Positions 43,408-59,177 of a DNA stretch of 64,000 nt are shown here, in pieces (within the stretch, counting starts at the first letter, position 1; every line of letters starts with the position of its first letter). The stretch is from assembly GCF_009914755.1 (NCBI RefSeq), contig NC_060928.1, one strand, 5' to 3'. The position numbers were made by a program, and so were the translations under genes. Source of the stretch: the human T2T-CHM13v2.0 reference genome, Homo sapiens. The notes beneath the pieces are model-generated. The model was not told the DNA's origin, ran no database searches, and saw only the letters and a list, made by a program, of their open reading frames with translations.

Positions 43408-44529
43408 CTTCTTGAAATATTTTCATAACAGTCATCTTAAAATAATTTTCTTTAACATCAATATACTTTGGAAAAATTCTTTATTATTATTACATTTTCA
43501 CACCATGAGAATACCGAACTCTTTTCTAGTTTTGTTATATTTAATGTAAATTTAAGTAGTGAGGAAAATGGGAAGAGTCTGGATGTTATAGTACTGTATT
43601 TTCTTTTGAGGTTAGTTTTTGTAGTGTCAAACTATATTTTTATTCAAAATTTTTATAGCATATAAACTCATACAATAATTAAGTTTATTAGTGAAATTAC
43701 TTCAGTAATTAGAAGATATTAGTGACTATATATAGAGCTATTTCAGCTAAAAGTCTTTATTCAAATAAGCTGAATTAAATAGTTTTAAAGTTATCTGTTC
43801 AGAATTAAGCTGCAAATAAATAAAAAGTTAAGTTCATCACAGCCATATCTTCTGTTTACTATTCTAATAATTTTCCATAAAAATACATCATTAATTTTAA
43901 AATAAATGCATCATCATCATTATTATTTTGCTTTGATAAATTGCATGATACCATATTTTATTTGATGGTAATATTACAAAATTAAAATCATATGGTATAG
44001 CAAAATCTACTTTTATTTTATTAATTTAAAATACTATATTTGTATGCTAATTTAGGTTATATTGATTACAATTTTTTTCAAAATGAATTTGTTCTATGGA
44101 TCAGATATATTTTGCTAACCATTTCTTTTTCCGGTCATTTTTTAAAAACTAAATCACTTTAACAAGACTTCATTGGTCAGTTATTATATTACAAAGTATA
44201 AAACTCTTAGATACTCTTGATTCAATAACAGCAAATTATCTCTACTTAATATGCCATATAAAATTTTTTCACAATACATTGGAGGTGTCAATGATAATAA
44301 TAAAAAAATTCTCATTACTTATAACTGCTACCAATCAAGTACATGGTTTTCCTCAAAATGTAATATACTAGGTAAAACAAGAAGTTAAACTGTTTTATCA
44401 TTAAAATAGAGTGCAAAATAATGATTACTTTTTATGAAAAACTCAGTGCTCAACTTTCAACATAATGCTAAATATGAAATTAGTGAACTAGAATATGGGG
44501 AAACTGTATAGTGTACTGAAACATTAAAA

Positions 44530-44820
44530 CAGGGTCCCGAACATCTTTCCTTAAATATTACCTTCTCAAAAAGTCATTCCATGGCAAATTTTGTTTCCCA
44601 TACATATTTTCTCCTTCTGCTCCTAGCATTTATTTAGCCCCCTGGAATTTATGACTATCTAAAATATTTGTTATATCTGTTAAACTTTTTTTTTTTTTTT
44701 TTTTTTTACAGTCAGTCTCTTCCCATTGAAATATCTGAGAAGGATTCTTTACTACTTTGTTCCCTGATGTATTCTTGGTGCCTCAAACTATTTATTACAT
44801 AATGGAAGCTTTATTAATCA
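44530..44820 (-). mobile_element. L2 remnant
   Basis: aaatattaccttctcaaaaag..tcc; tttgttccctgatgtattcttggtgcct. Confidence 0.45.
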
Positions 44821-44829
44821 ACATTCACT

Positions 44830-45160
44830 AACTTATACTGCTGTTAACAACCTAAACAAATCTGAGTAAATTAAGAGTTGACTCTCCATATTCCATATCC
44901 TTATTCCATAGAGTAGCTTCAGTCAATAAAAGCTCCAATATTCCGGGCTACACCATCTGGAACATGTCTCCATGTTCTCTCCAGCAAGGGATGAGAGTCC
45001 TAAAAGGCTTGACTGATAACTAGATGCTTTGGTCCAGAAGTGCTACCCATCACTTTTTTCAAGAAGTGAACACATGGTCTGCTTAACTTCCAGAGGAAAT
45101 AAAGTGCAACCTTCTAGTATACCTGGAAAAGAAGGAGAACCATATGTGTGTAAACAATAA
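44830..45160 (-). mobile_element. Old MLT1 (K/L-like) remnant
   Basis: tactgctgttaacaa; caccatctggaacat; ccagaagtgctacccatcactt; aagtgcaaccttct. Confidence 0.5.
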
Positions 45161-45439
45161 CAGTTTTTTTTTCAATACAAATTTCTATCATAAAGACCAA
45201 TAAATAAATATATGCACTAATAACTGAATAAATTGTGATTGATCACATCCCTTTGATTTAGGAGACTGCTAGTGTACATGCTGTATGAGGGTTCATTCAG
45301 CTCTAGGCCAAAATGCTGCTTGTGATATTTTAGGCTTGATATTAGTAAGAATACATGGTATTCTTAGGAATCATTAAATTGGCATACAAATAAATAACTA
45401 CCATTAGAGAGACACAAAGAAAAGATTTACCTGAGAAGC

Positions 45440-45809
45440 TGATATAGTTTGGCTCTGTGTCCCCATCCAAATCTCATCTCAAATTGCAATCATAATTGTA
45501 ATCCCCATGTGTCTAGGGAGGAAAGTGGTGGGAGGTGATTGGATCATGGGGACAGTTTCCCCCATGTTGTTCTCATAATAGAACTCACATAAAATCTGGT
45601 CGTTGACAGTGTGTGGCTCTTCCACACTTTCTCTCTTTCCTGCTGCCTTGTGAAGAAGGTGCTTTCTTGTCCTTCACTTTCTGCCATGATTGTAAGTTTC
45701 CTGACACCTCCCCAGCCATGTGGAACTATGAGTCAATTAAATCTCTTTCCTTTATAAATTATACAGTTTTGGGTAGTTATTTATAGCAATGTGAAAACTG
45801 ACTAATACA
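45440..45809 (+). mobile_element. THE1D-like solo LTR
   Basis: tgatatagtttggctctgtgtcccc...gactaataca. TSD gaagc at 45435-45439 and 45810-45814. Confidence 0.93.
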
Positions 45810-46493
45810 GAAGCTTTTAGTCAGTAATTTGGAGGAAGGGGCTTTTGGGTAAATATAAGGTTAGTCTTACGTAATAACATAACAGTGAATATTACTGCAT
45901 TTTGTTAATGCCAAACCAAAGACCAGTTTATGGGAACTAAAAGCCAGTGGATTCAACAGTAAGGTTTTTAAATATTTTTCCTTTTTGACTTTTTTTTATT
46001 TTGGAAAAAAAAATCACTTTAGCTTTCAAAGGTTTAATATTTCCTCCAAAATCTTTGATAAACTGCAATTATGTGTTCTGTTTTTTGAACATGAAGGAAG
46101 TATAAAGAATTTTCTCTTCTGCAAGTAGTATTGATATGCAGAACACATCCTTTTCTACTAAATACATTTTTTCTAATAAATTACACTCTTTTGAAAATTA
46201 AACTAATCTAATATAAAGCATCTGCAAATTATTCTTGAATTTTTATTTTTTAATATATTTTACATTGAGCATTTTCTTATCTCAATTCTAAAATGATACA
46301 AGTTAGAAAATATTACTTTCCAAATCCAAAATAGTCTATAAATATGGATTACATATTTTAAATAAATACTAAATAGCAAAATTGCATAAAACTTAGTTAT
46401 ATTATTAGTTATTAAATTTTATTATTTTTATTAATTAATTATTAAAATTTATTACATTATTTTCAGGTTGCCAACAAATATTTATATTCTAGT

Positions 46494-46930
46494 TGTGCTA
46501 AGATGGTTGGAAGCCTCTGAAGATCCATTCTCTATTCATTTTCTGGTAACAGAATTATAGCTGGGATAGAATGACTAGCTGTGAATTTTCTAGCCTGTGA
46601 AATATATTCGAATTAATTCTCTTGGACATAAAATGAGAAAAGATGCGTGTCAGTTCTACACTCAGTCTAGAGAAAACCTTTCTGATTCCTTCCTTTACAG
46701 CCTTTCCCATTTCCACAAGCTAGAACATGGAAATGCCAGAAAAATCTTTGCATACTTGCCAATGAAACAGCCTAGAGGGGGTCAAAAAATATCACAATAG
46801 ATAAAATATCTATCTGTAAATGATCCTGTGGACCAGAGTCACTGGTCATTTGGAATTGTTACATGTGAGATAAATAAACATCTATTTTTTAATTAAGCTG
46901 CTAAGTTATTATTCTCTGATTCCTATACAT
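46494..46930 (+). mobile_element. Old MLT1 (I/J-like) LTR
   Basis: tccattctctattc..ctggtaacagaa; tgttacatgtgagataaataaacatctatt..taagctgct. Confidence 0.55.
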
Positions 46931-47279
46931 GAATTATACAAAACCAAATGTTCATTCAATTAATGTCATACAGTATAAATACAAAGTGGAAAAAACAAAT
47001 TTAAAGAATTAGCACAATACAGTTGATGCCCTGATTTTTCATTATCTCACAAAATGATATCTTAGGTTGAGTATAGATGGACAAAAAGTCTACCACATCA
47101 TCTTTCTACTCCTATTAAAAAATAAACACCTTTACATTTTTGGTCAATCTTATTATTTAAATGGTAATAAGAATGAACATTTCTTTTTACCTTCCTCACC
47201 CTCCTAATTACCTTCAAATCCTATGTTTTGCTGCGATAATTTAATCTATATTTTTATGTTGTTTATCTTATATCATGTC

Positions 47280-47843
47280 TATTGGAAGACAATTTTTTAT
47301 GGTTTCTTGCATTCCTGCGAGTTCTAGGCCTTTTGAGTTAAGGGCTTAGAATAACTCTGTTTGAACAACAAATATACCTTAGAAGCTAGACATAGTGTCT
47401 CCATAAATATAGAGACTCCCAGAGACATTCTACGGTAGTAAAGTTTTCTTCCTGTCTCTAAGACACTGCTTCTTACCTTTGAAGCTAGTAATGGTAGACA
47501 ATTTCTCCTCCTCTCTCCAAAGACTTATTTGTGTCTTTCCAAAAGAAGAATCGACAGATTTGTGAGACATCCAATGTTAGCTTTGAGTCTTATAATTTGG
47601 GTGTTCCATTCCTTTGGCGCAACCTACTATTTGCAAAAATACATCTCACATCATATCACTCTGTCAGAATAGTGTCATAAAGAATTAACATCAGGTGTTG
47701 CTTTGGCTGCTATGGTTGCTGTGTCATTTACCCAGGGTCTTGCATCCTGTCTGTATATATACATATAAAATTGTGGCAATCATTTTATATAAGCTAGCTT
47801 GCATTCAGAATAATATCAGACCCTTTATAGTCTCTGACTTAAC
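47280..47843 (+). mobile_element. LTR40-like ERVL solo LTR
   Basis: tattggaagacaattttttatggtttcttgcattcctgc...catagtgtctcc...tagcttgca..atcagaccctt resembles the LTRs at 4891 and 10475. Confidence 0.6.
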
Positions 47844-47879
47844 AATACCTATCTTCTGACTTAACAATACCTATCTTCT

Positions 47880-48285
47880 TTTTATTATTTACTTATTTTC
47901 ATTATTATTATTTTTTAATTACATCTTAAGTTCTGGGGTACATGTGCAGAACGTGCAGTTTTGTTACTTAGGTATACACAGGCCATGGTGGTTTGCTGCA
48001 CCCATCAACCCGTCACCTACATTAGGTATTTCTCCTAATGTTATCCCTCCCTCAGCCCTCACCCCTGATCAGGCCTCAGTGTGTGATGTTCCCCTCTTTG
48101 TGTTCATGTGTTCTTATTGTTCAATTCCCACTCATGAGTGAGAACATGCGGTGTTTGATTTTCTGTTCTTGTGATAGTTTGCTGAGAATGATGGTTTCCA
48201 GCTTCATCCATGTGCCTGCAAAGGACATGAACTCATCCTTTTTATGGCTGTATAGTATTCCATGGAGTATATATCCCACATTTTC
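47880..48285 (-). mobile_element. L1PA7 3' end
   Basis: ggggtacatgtgcagaacgtgcag...catggtggtttgctgcacccatcaacccgtca. Confidence 0.92.
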
Positions 48286-49224
48286 TTCTTTTTTAAAAAA
48301 TCTCCAAAGCTCTATGATGATAACATATTTAACTATCCTTGTATTGATTCAACTTCTCTACTGTATGTTGTCCTGTGTTTAACTATCATCTCTAGTTCAA
48401 TAATTGTTGTGTCAGAATATATTATTGTGTATTATCCCCAGGTAGAATGCATAGGTAGCGTATCAAATGAAACTTTGCATTTTGAAAATCACATCCACTG
48501 TTTCTGAGAGACGAGGTTATAAAGAGTACTTTGGTCATATCCACTTGCTTACCACCCAATATATTACTATTTTTGCCTAATGCTAACCTATTATTTTTAA
48601 CTTAATATGTGTGTTTGTACATTTTTGTTTAAAAAGAGAGCACATGTTGTTTAAAAAAAATGAAAAGCTTAGATGGCTAAATAAATGTTTTCACATTAAA
48701 ATAAGCAGACATTCACATTTCGGGGAAATCTAGAATACTTCTCACTTCAAGTGTCATTTGATCATGAAGAACATGATATCATCAGCATTCCCATTCCATT
48801 TCCCAGAAGTGAAGTCATCTTGATATTTATAGTGTGCTTCAATTTTGGGTCATTTTTATCAGTAAATTCAGACATCTTAACTGATTCAAAAAAAGACAAT
48901 GCACACACTATATTTCCTCTCTTAAAACTATCTCCTACAGATGAGCAAAATCACATTTTTAAAATTACATGTTTTTCAAAACTTCTTATGTTTCGTGAGC
49001 TCAAGATGTTTTATGCTATAACATAATAAGAAGAGAAAGGTAATCCTCCTCCTCCACACCCCCCATACACAGTAAGAGTATGTCCAAGAGAACAGAGGCA
49101 ACAGGTGATTAAGGACAATCTCCTAGTGTCCACTAAAGCAGGCATAAACAGCATAAGAAATCAGTTCTTTCTGACTGAAAGCATTTTATAAAATGCTAGG
49201 ATATTGTTGATATTGTCAATGTGA

Positions 49225-50870
49225 GATCAGAGATGACACAAACAAATGAAAAAACATTCTATGCTCATGGATAGAAAAAACAGTATTATTAAAATTGCCC
49301 AAAGAAATTTACAGATTCAATGCTATTTCCCTCAAACTACCAATGGCATTCTTTACATAATTAAAAAAAAATTTTTAAACTCATATTGAACCAAATAGGA
49401 GCCTGCATAACTAAAACAATCTTAAGCAAAAAGAACAATGATGAAGGCATCACGTTACTTTACTTCAAACTATACTACAGAGATATAGTAACCAAAACAG
49501 ACTTATGCTGACACAAAAGCAGACAAGACAAATGAAACAGAATAGAGAGCCCAGAAATAAGGCTGTACCCCTACAACCATCTGATCTTTGACAAAGCTGA
49601 CAAAAACAAGCAATGGGAAAAGGACTCCCTATTCAATAAATGGTGCTGGTATACCTGGCTAGCTATATGAACCTGGAACCCTTCCTTCCACCATATACAA
49701 AAATCAACTCAAGTGGACTAAAGACTTAAATGTAAAACCCTCAAAGACAACCTAGGCAATACCATTCTGGACATAGTAACTGGCAATATTTCATGACAAA
49801 ATGCCAAAAGAAATTGCAACAGAAACAAAACTTGACAAATGGGATCTAATTAAACTTAAGACCTCTGTACAGCAAAGGAAGATTTCAACAGAGTAAACAG
49901 ACAAACTACAGAATGAGAGAAAAAAATATTTGCAAATTTTCCATCATACAAAGGTCTAATATTAAACATCTATATGAAACTTTGGCAAATTTACAAGAAA
50001 AAACAAGCAACTGCCTTAAAAAGTAGACAAAGGACATCAACAGACACTTTTCACAAGACCTACATGCAACCAACAAATATATGAAAAAATGCTCAATATC
50101 ACTGATAATTAGAGAAATGTAAATCAAAACCACAATTAGGTACCATCTTACACCAGTCAGAATGGCTATTTTTAAAAAGTCAAAAAGCGACAAATCTAGT
50201 GAGATTGCAGAGAAAAGGGAATGCTTATACACTGTTGGTGGGAGTGTAAATTAGTTCAACCATTGTGGAAGATGGTATGATGATTCCTCAAAGAGTTAAA
50301 AACAGAATTGCCATTTGACCCAGCCATCCCATTACTGGGTACATACCCAGAGGAATATAAATTTTTCTACCATAAAGACACATGCATGTATATGTTCATT
50401 GTGGCACTATTCACAATAGCAAAGACATGGAATCAGCTTAAATGTCCATCAATGGCAGATTGGATAATGAAAATGTGGTACATATACACCATGAAATACT
50501 ACACAGCCATAAAAGAAAATGAGATCATGTCCTTTGCAGGAACATGGATGAAGCTAGAGGGCATTATGTTTAAGCAAGCTAATGCAGAAACAGAAAACCT
50601 AAAACCACATGTTCTCACTAATAAGTGGGAGCTAAACTATGAGAACACTTGGACACAATGCGGGGAACAACAGACAATGGGGCCTACTTGAGGGTAGAGC
50701 ATGGGAGGAGGGAGAGGATCAGAAAAAAATACTATTTAGTGGTAGGTTTAGTACCTGTACAGCAGACCCTCATGACACAAGTTTACCCATACAACAAACC
50801 TGCGCATGTACCCCTGAACCTAAAATAAACTTTTAAAAATTAAATGAGTAAAATTAAAATTTTAAAAAGA
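49225..50870 (+). mobile_element. L1PA13-15-like 3' 1.6 kb (ORF2 C-terminal part plus 3'UTR)
   Basis: ORF 50308-50691 PFDPAIPLLG..ALFTIAKTWNQ; 3' end ccccatgacacaagtttacc...cccctgaacctaaaataaa. Confidence 0.93.
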
Positions 50871-50920
50871 AATATTAGAATTTCACTGTGTCTTTCTAGG
50901 ACTATGTCTTTTAAAAATAA

Positions 50921-51241
<321 letters not shown>

Positions 51242-51800
51242 TAACTGATATTTTGAAGCATTTAAGAAAAACATTTTGAAGCACAGTGTAAATGTTAAAT
51301 TGTACCAATACAAAAGATTTCTTTTTTCATCATTTTGTCATTTTTCTACCTATTCCCCTGCCAAGAAAAAGGTATAAAATGTACTCAAGCTATGCTATAT
51401 GTGGCAAAATTAGAAAAAAAATATTTTCAATTACTTTATTTTAGACTAATTATTAATGATACATTCTAGAAGTTGTACTAAATTATCCTGGCACTTAGTA
51501 CTGTGAAATAATATAAAATGTAAAAATTCCAGGTTTTTTTATTAGATTAAAAATCCCAGATAAAATATATTAGATATATAATAAAACACATATTTGAAAA
51601 GATCCATTGGGAGGAAAAGGCATATTAGCACAGTACACAGATAAAAATCTGTATTTCATACATCCAAATGATGTATTGGTTAAATAGAAGGATAATAACA
51701 TTAAGAATTCTGCCAATCACAGATAATTTTCCAAAATAAAATTGTATCTGCTGATCATATATTTCTTAAAATAAACATGTAATGGCATTTTAGCAGAGAC

Positions 51801-52341
51801 TGTAAGAGAGTCCAAAGCTCATACAGCTCACTGCACAACAGCTAAAAATTGAGAGACAAGGTGTTGGGGCAAGGAAAGCAACTTTATTTCAGAGATTGAG
51901 CAAATCCAGAGGTTAGTGGACCAGTGTCTTAAAGAACCATCTTAACTTAATAGAATTTGAGGTTCTCTTTATGTTATAGGAAGAAGAACGAGGGAGGGGC
52001 TTGAGATCAAAAGCTGGCAGATAATCACAGACATCCGAATGGCATCAAGGGTCAGGGGTGGGGGAACCTTGTGAAGATTATTTGTTGTTGGTCAGGTCAC
52101 AATGCTCCTATAAATCTTTAACATGACATTGTATTAATACTTGTGTATTCACCCTCCTTATTTGGGGGAGGGAGCTATTATCATCCTTGCTTTAAATTAT
52201 ATACTAAATTCCTCCCGTAGTTAGCTCAGACTACTTGTAGAGATAAGCAAAAGGATTTAATGGAAAAGATATCACTGCATAGTACAGAGGGTTAGGAGCA
52301 AAATGGAGCTAGTCATGTTAGGCCTCCTTTTGACTGCTACC
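51801..52341 (-). mobile_element. ERV1-class solo LTR (subfamily uncertain)
   Basis: gagagacaaggtgttggggcaaggaaagcaactttatttc; ggtcaggtcacaatgctcctataaatcttta; ttaggagcaaaatggagctagtcatgttagg. Confidence 0.7.
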
Positions 52342-53574
52342 AGTTGATTTCCATATATGAACAGAAGAATAAATGGTTTATTGATTTATAATGAAATAAA
52401 AATAATTCAGAAATGGTGGATGACATCAAAATTAAAAGACCTGTTAAAATAAATGGACTTTTCTGTCCTTTTCTGTTTTTGATCTTAAGGGGAAGATGTT
52501 TACCATTTAATATTTTATAATTATTTCAGCTTGTTGGTATTTGCCATGTAATTCTAAAGTGGAAAAAAGTAAGATGCTAGGGAAAATATATAACTATTGT
52601 TAAGATTTTAATAATCAGTGTGAGATGGTATAAATGTTTTGGAGGGATGAATCCCTAGACAAAAAAAAAAAAAAACAGAAACATCTGTGCAGTTATAAAG
52701 CACAAAAACAGACAACCACACAAGAAAACAGTAGCCTATCACTTTAGCCTTGTGTTTTTTAATTAATATTGTATTAAAAATAAAATGAATTGGGCCATTT
52801 TTCTATGAAATTTGTATCCAAATACAAATATAAATTTGTGTTATGTGGGGAAATTTATATCTAAATAATACAATTGATCACAGGTTATAAAGCATACAAA
52901 ATTGCAAATCATCTTTATTCTACCTCTAAATGATTTCCTTAATCATTAAAGATTCTTGGGAAACAGAAGATTTACATCACACAGATGGCAAATTAATCAC
53001 ATTCATCACCATTTTAAGCATCGTATTTTGGCAGCTGTCAAACATATAATTGCATATATATGCATATTAATATTTTTAGGTAGTTAATGTTATTGTGATA
53101 ATATTTAACATTTCAGTATTAAATTTAAATCAAGATAAATTTTAACATATAAATTATTATGTTTCCTTACTCTTAAAATTCCAGTAGTTGATTATAATCT
53201 TTAATTTAATTTTACATATTAAAAAGTCATGAGTTTAGTAAGTTTACCCAGAAGTGTAAAAAAACTAGGAACTCAGCAGTGTGCAATCTCTGTATCACTG
53301 TTTTCCCTAGTGCAGTTTTGTTGCAGTCTCTTCATCAGAGAAATCTTGTGCTCTTCAGAGAATCAAGTTCTTATTAGATGAATAATTGGGACAAATTTTA
53401 GTTGAAATCATATTTTCTTTGAAACAGCATAACATGTGTATTTCCAGTATCTGAGTATTACATGACCATTTATTGTAAGACCATACACTAAACTAATCTC
53501 TAATTTTTTTTTTATATAATCTACTTGTGAATTTTTTAGCTATATACAGATATGCTTATAAAAACTTCATAATC

Positions 53575-53898
<324 letters not shown>

Positions 53899-54013
53899 TC
53901 ATAATGTATCATAACAAAATATTGAAACACAATTCCTTCTCCTTTTAGAATTATTATGTTATTAAACAGGACAACACTCTCTTTAAAATAAAGGAATAAA
54001 GGTATTACCATTG

Positions 54014-54374
54014 TGTATTAGTCCATTACTACACTGCTATAAAGATACTACCTGAAACTGGGTAGTTTTTAAACAAAGTGGTTTAATTGACTCCCAGTTC
54101 CGCATGGCTGGGGAGGCCTCAGGAAATTTACAATCATGGCAGAATGGGAAAGAGGAACCTTATTCCCAAGGTGGCAAGAGAGAAAGAAGTGCATTTAGGA
54201 GAAATGCCATATGCTTCTAAAACCATCAGAACTCAAGAGGAATTACTCACTAGAGTGAGAAATTGCCCCCATGATCCAATCATCTCCCATGAGGTTCCTC
54301 CCTTGACAGGTGGAGATTATTGGGATTACCTTTCCCAATGAGATTTAGATGAGGATACAGCCAAAACCATGTCA
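54014..54374 (-). mobile_element. THE1 (C/D) solo LTR
   Basis: tgtattagtcc...ggggaggcctcagga..acaatcatggcagaa...aaaccatgtca. TSD cattg at 54009-54013 and 54375-54379. Confidence 0.92.
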
Positions 54375-54535
54375 CATTGATTATTATCTTGATAATACTA
54401 TTTCAGAATCCAAACATTATAAACTTTAATAAGATAATCATATGTTGTAGGGGCTAGAATCCATGTATGCTGGACAGTGTCTGGCACTCAAACTACTCAT
54501 GTTTTATTGATAAGTCTGATGAGTTTAATGAATAC

Positions 54536-55272
54536 TGATATGGTTTAGATCTGTGACCCCACTCAAATCTCATGCTCAGTTATAATCCCCAGTGTTTGAG
54601 ATGAGGCCTGGTGGGAGGTGATAGGATCATTTGGCAGATTTCTCATGAAAGGGTTAGCACGATCCCCTTGGTGCTGCTGTCATGATAGTGAGTGAGTGCC
54701 CCATGAGATCTGGTTGTTTAAAAGTGTGTAGCACCTTCCCCCTTGCTCTTTTGCTCTTGCTGTGGCCATGTAAGGTGAGCCAGTTTCCACTCCACCTTCC
54801 GCCATGATTCTAAGTTCCCTGAGGCCTCTCCAGGATGCAGCCATACTTCCTCTAAAAACCACAGAACTGTGAGCCAATTAAACATCTTTTCTCTATGAAT
54901 TATCTAGTCTCAGATATTTCTTTTTTCTTTTTCTTTTTTTTTTTTTTTGAGATGGAGTCTCGCATTGTTGCCAGAGGTTGGAGTGCGATGGCACAGTCTT
55001 GTCTCACTGCAACCTCCGCTCCCCGGGTTCAAGCAATTCTTCTGCCTCAGCCTCCCGAGTAGCTGGGATTACAGGTGTCCACCACTACACCTGGCTAATT
55101 TTTTGTATTTTTAGTAGAGACAGGGTTTCAATATGCTGGCCAGGCTGGTCTTGAACTCCTGGCCTCATGATCCACCAGTCTCGACCTCCCAAAGTGCTGG
55201 GATTACAGGTGTGAGCCACCGTGCCTGGCCATCAGGTATTTCTTTATAGCAATATGATAATGGACTAATAGA
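54536..55272 (+). mobile_element. MSTA solo LTR interrupted by an Alu
   Basis: tgatatggtttagatctgtg...ttagcacgatccccttggtgctg; resumes tcaggtatttctttatagcaat..tggactaata. Confidence 0.9.
54923..55230 (-). mobile_element. AluS (Sg/Sc-like)
   Basis: Full Alu; TSD tcag(a/g)tatttcttt. Confidence 0.96.
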
Positions 55273-57277
55273 AATGCCAAAATTTTCTTTATAATTTTGC
55301 AACTCAATTTAACATGTAATTTTAAATTGATTAATCATTATTGCATAATTTTGTACTTTGTTTTAAAATTATTTAAAATACATAATTAATTAAAGGCAGT
55401 ATTCTACTCAAAAGTTTGTGAAAATCAAAGAAACCATCAAAAATATAATGAATACTTTTTTGAGGCCAGCCTTTCCATTTATTCCATCCTAGTTAGAGAA
55501 AAGATCTAATTGGTACAGAATGATTTTCAAAATTACTCTGCATTTAATTGATGTTTAAAATCATTTGAGGATTATTAGGCAAGCAAAATATCCAAAAGGA
55601 TATATTACTAGACTCTAGCAGTCTAGTGTATTTGAATATGATTTAAAATATTTCTACATTAATAATCATATTCTCTGAGATATAACTTTTTACCTTATTG
55701 TAAAGGAAAAGGTATGCAAAGAAGTTATATAATTTGCTTAGAATTAGATAGGTGGAGACTCAGTTCAGCTACACATTGAATTTATATCATAGAAATAAGA
55801 CTTAATGATTAGCATAACTTTAGAAATACATTTTCCCCTCTTTATAGAAGCTTCATTACAAGAAGGAAGATCATCAAAACATGCTATCAGGAAGAAACTT
55901 ATGGGCAATCAATATTTGACATTTATGAGAAACAAATATATGAATTGATAAGATGATAAAAATTTATATAACTTTATATGCATTTCATCCTATATTTCTG
56001 CAAAGTAAAAGATGTAGTGATAAATTTCCCTGTTCAATACAAAATTATATACTAGGTAACATTTTCCCACAAAAACTCAATTTAGAAGTTTTATATATTA
56101 TCCATGAATGTCATTAATTTAAATATTGCATTAACTCAGAAAACTGGCAGTTTCTCTTCCAAACCTGTCATAGCTCATTGAGTGGTAAATGGGGCAAGGG
56201 TGTGTCTTAATTAAATTCATATATGGTATCTCTTTGCTAAACTTGCAACAAATGATGGGATTCAAGATTTTCTCTTCATTTCTTAAAGATCTTCAACGAT
56301 TTTCTCTATTATTTATCTTATGAAAGTCACTATAATAAATTAAACTATACACTATAGAACCCATTTCAAAAGAAAATCCATAGACAGAGCTCCGTCAGGG
56401 ATCAGACAAAGTACAAATTCTGCATAATAGTTTTACACATTAAAGGACTCATTATGTCACTGCATTCCCAATCTCTTCTGTATGGCAATGATTACAAGGT
56501 AATTTTGCTTACATACATTTCTATTAAAATGAACGAGAAAATACTGAAGTTTTAAAACTACTGAAATATGTTTTAATTTATTTCACAAAACACCATTAAC
56601 TTTTAATATTTTATAAAGTTAACAAATTATAAAAGAAAGAAGAAAATATATCGTGACATAAGAAATAAACTGCTCATTTTATTTAGAAGCTGAATCTAGT
56701 TATCTATTAGTCTGTGTATATTTAAATTACTGCCAGACTATTTTGTGTTCAACTTTTTAATTTTGCTATGTATGACAATAATTCAAAAGAATTTTATATT
56801 ATTTATAGAATAATAAATTCACAAAATTTTTATCTTTATTTCTTTAGAAATTATTAATAATAGTCCATCAGAGCAGACAGTATTTTATTCTTTTTTTTTT
56901 TTGTATCTAAGGCTTAGAATGAAGTCTCATATGTAACTGGAATTTAACAAGTGTTTTCTGAGTCAGTACACCAGAAACAAACAATGGCATTTTTAATACT
57001 TCTTTATGCAAAATATTTCTTCGGTGATTGAGGATAGAACAGTAAAAAAATACATAAAATTCTCTGTCATGAATATTGTATTCTGAAAAAGACAGACAAC
57101 AAATTTCACACTGACATTCACATAATACACATACCACTGAAAGATTAATACTATTATGTAATTAAGCCAGATTATAAGGACAATGAGAAGAAATGAGTTT
57201 CCATAGTAAATAATATAAAGTTTCATAAAATATATTAATTAGGCTATCAATCCCCAAGAGAAAAATTATGTAATAAT

Positions 57278-57655
57278 TGCTCCAGTTTGAATGTTTTACC
57301 ACCTTCCAAAATTCATGTATTAGAAACTTAATTCCCAATGTGTCCGTGTTGAAAGGTGGTGCTACTGGGAAGTGTTTGGGAATGAATGAATACTTGTATA
57401 AAAAGGGCCTGCAGGAATAAATTATTTCTCTAAAATTTTCCTGCCATGTGAGAAACAGTGTTCCTTGCCTCTAGAAGATGCAGTGCTCAAGGCTCATCTT
57501 GGACGAGAATATTGGGTCCTAACCAGACACCAAAACCCACCAGTTTCTTGATCTTGAACTTTTAAACCACCAGAAGTGTGAAAAATAAACTTCTGCTCTT
57601 TATAAATTACTCAGTCTCTGGAGTTCTGTTGTAACAGCACAAAAGAAAGTAATAT
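57278..57655 (+). mobile_element. MSTC/MSTD-like LTR
   Basis: tgctccagtttgaatgt..ccttccaaaattcatgt..gaaacttaat; aaataaacttctgctctttataaattactcagtct. Confidence 0.85.
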
Positions 57656-57666
57656 TTATCACAGAT

Positions 57667-57971
<305 letters not shown>

Positions 57972-59177
57972 TATCACAGATGTTTTTTATCTTACCCTTG
58001 GAATATCTTTTGTAAATAGTGTTTCATAGAACACATATTAGATATACATAATCAAAGTCATTTTTATTTATTCTACTCTGTGAAATATAGCGATTTCCTT
58101 AAAAGTTAGCACAGTAAATGAGTCCTGCAATATTATTAAAGTGATTAACTGAAAAATGATTTATTAATTTTTGTTTATTAATTAATGCCTATACAAGTAA
58201 ATTTAATTTATCGAGCACTGTACTAAATGCAGATGATGTGAAATTAAATAGCACATACCCTCATTCTAGGAAGAGTTTACTTTCATTATTAATATTTTCT
58301 TCTTGAATAAATAAAGCACTTAGTTTTCTCAGAAGATTAATAAAGTCTCTTATTACTATGTTGAAGTCAATCTGGTTGACAAAAAAGTAAAATTCGTATA
58401 TATTTCAACAGGAAAAAAGTACATTTCTAGTAATGACTCAATAAGTTCATGTACGACTAATTTCTCTGCGGAAAACAACTATAAATTCTAGACATTATTT
58501 AAAATTATCTGGTGGAAATAGAGAGTGAAACAAAGAAGGCAAATTCTTGTTGAGTATATATGTGTGGAGAAACAGAGTTGTGTGCAATGAGTGCTCATTT
58601 TCACAATGTTGCCAACCACATTTCAGTGTGACATCTGGGCTGTTGGTTGTTTTGGTGAAAATAAAAATCAGTCATTCTTGCCTAAGGAGCCAGAACCCTG
58701 AATACAAGGAAATTTTCTGTTAAATAAGTGGATGGATAACCTTATCTATAAAAAAGCCAAGAGAAGATCCCAAATTCTGTCTACCCATGTTTGGCTAATA
58801 CCTGAAAGATGCATATGCTAAACAGACTCAAAAATCTCAGTTAAAAATATCAAAATGTAAGACTGAAACATTTCTGAAGAAACAGTTTGCAGTTCAAGCC
58901 CAATTAAGGAATTACCTGCTAAAGCAAAAGAAACAACACATTAGAAAAAGACAACAAAGTATATAACTTTTATTACTTACAATTCAAAATTCATTAATAC
59001 ATTAAGTCTCCCCAAATGAAGTTCATTCTCAAATAAAAGAAAATTAATTAACTGATTACAACTCTGAAATTACTCAGTTCTTGGAACTTGAGGCAAGAAT
59101 TGTTAAATGGCTCTTTTATACTACTTTGAGTAATATAAAACAAAATGCTTGCAAGAAATGAAAAGATAAATTTAAGC

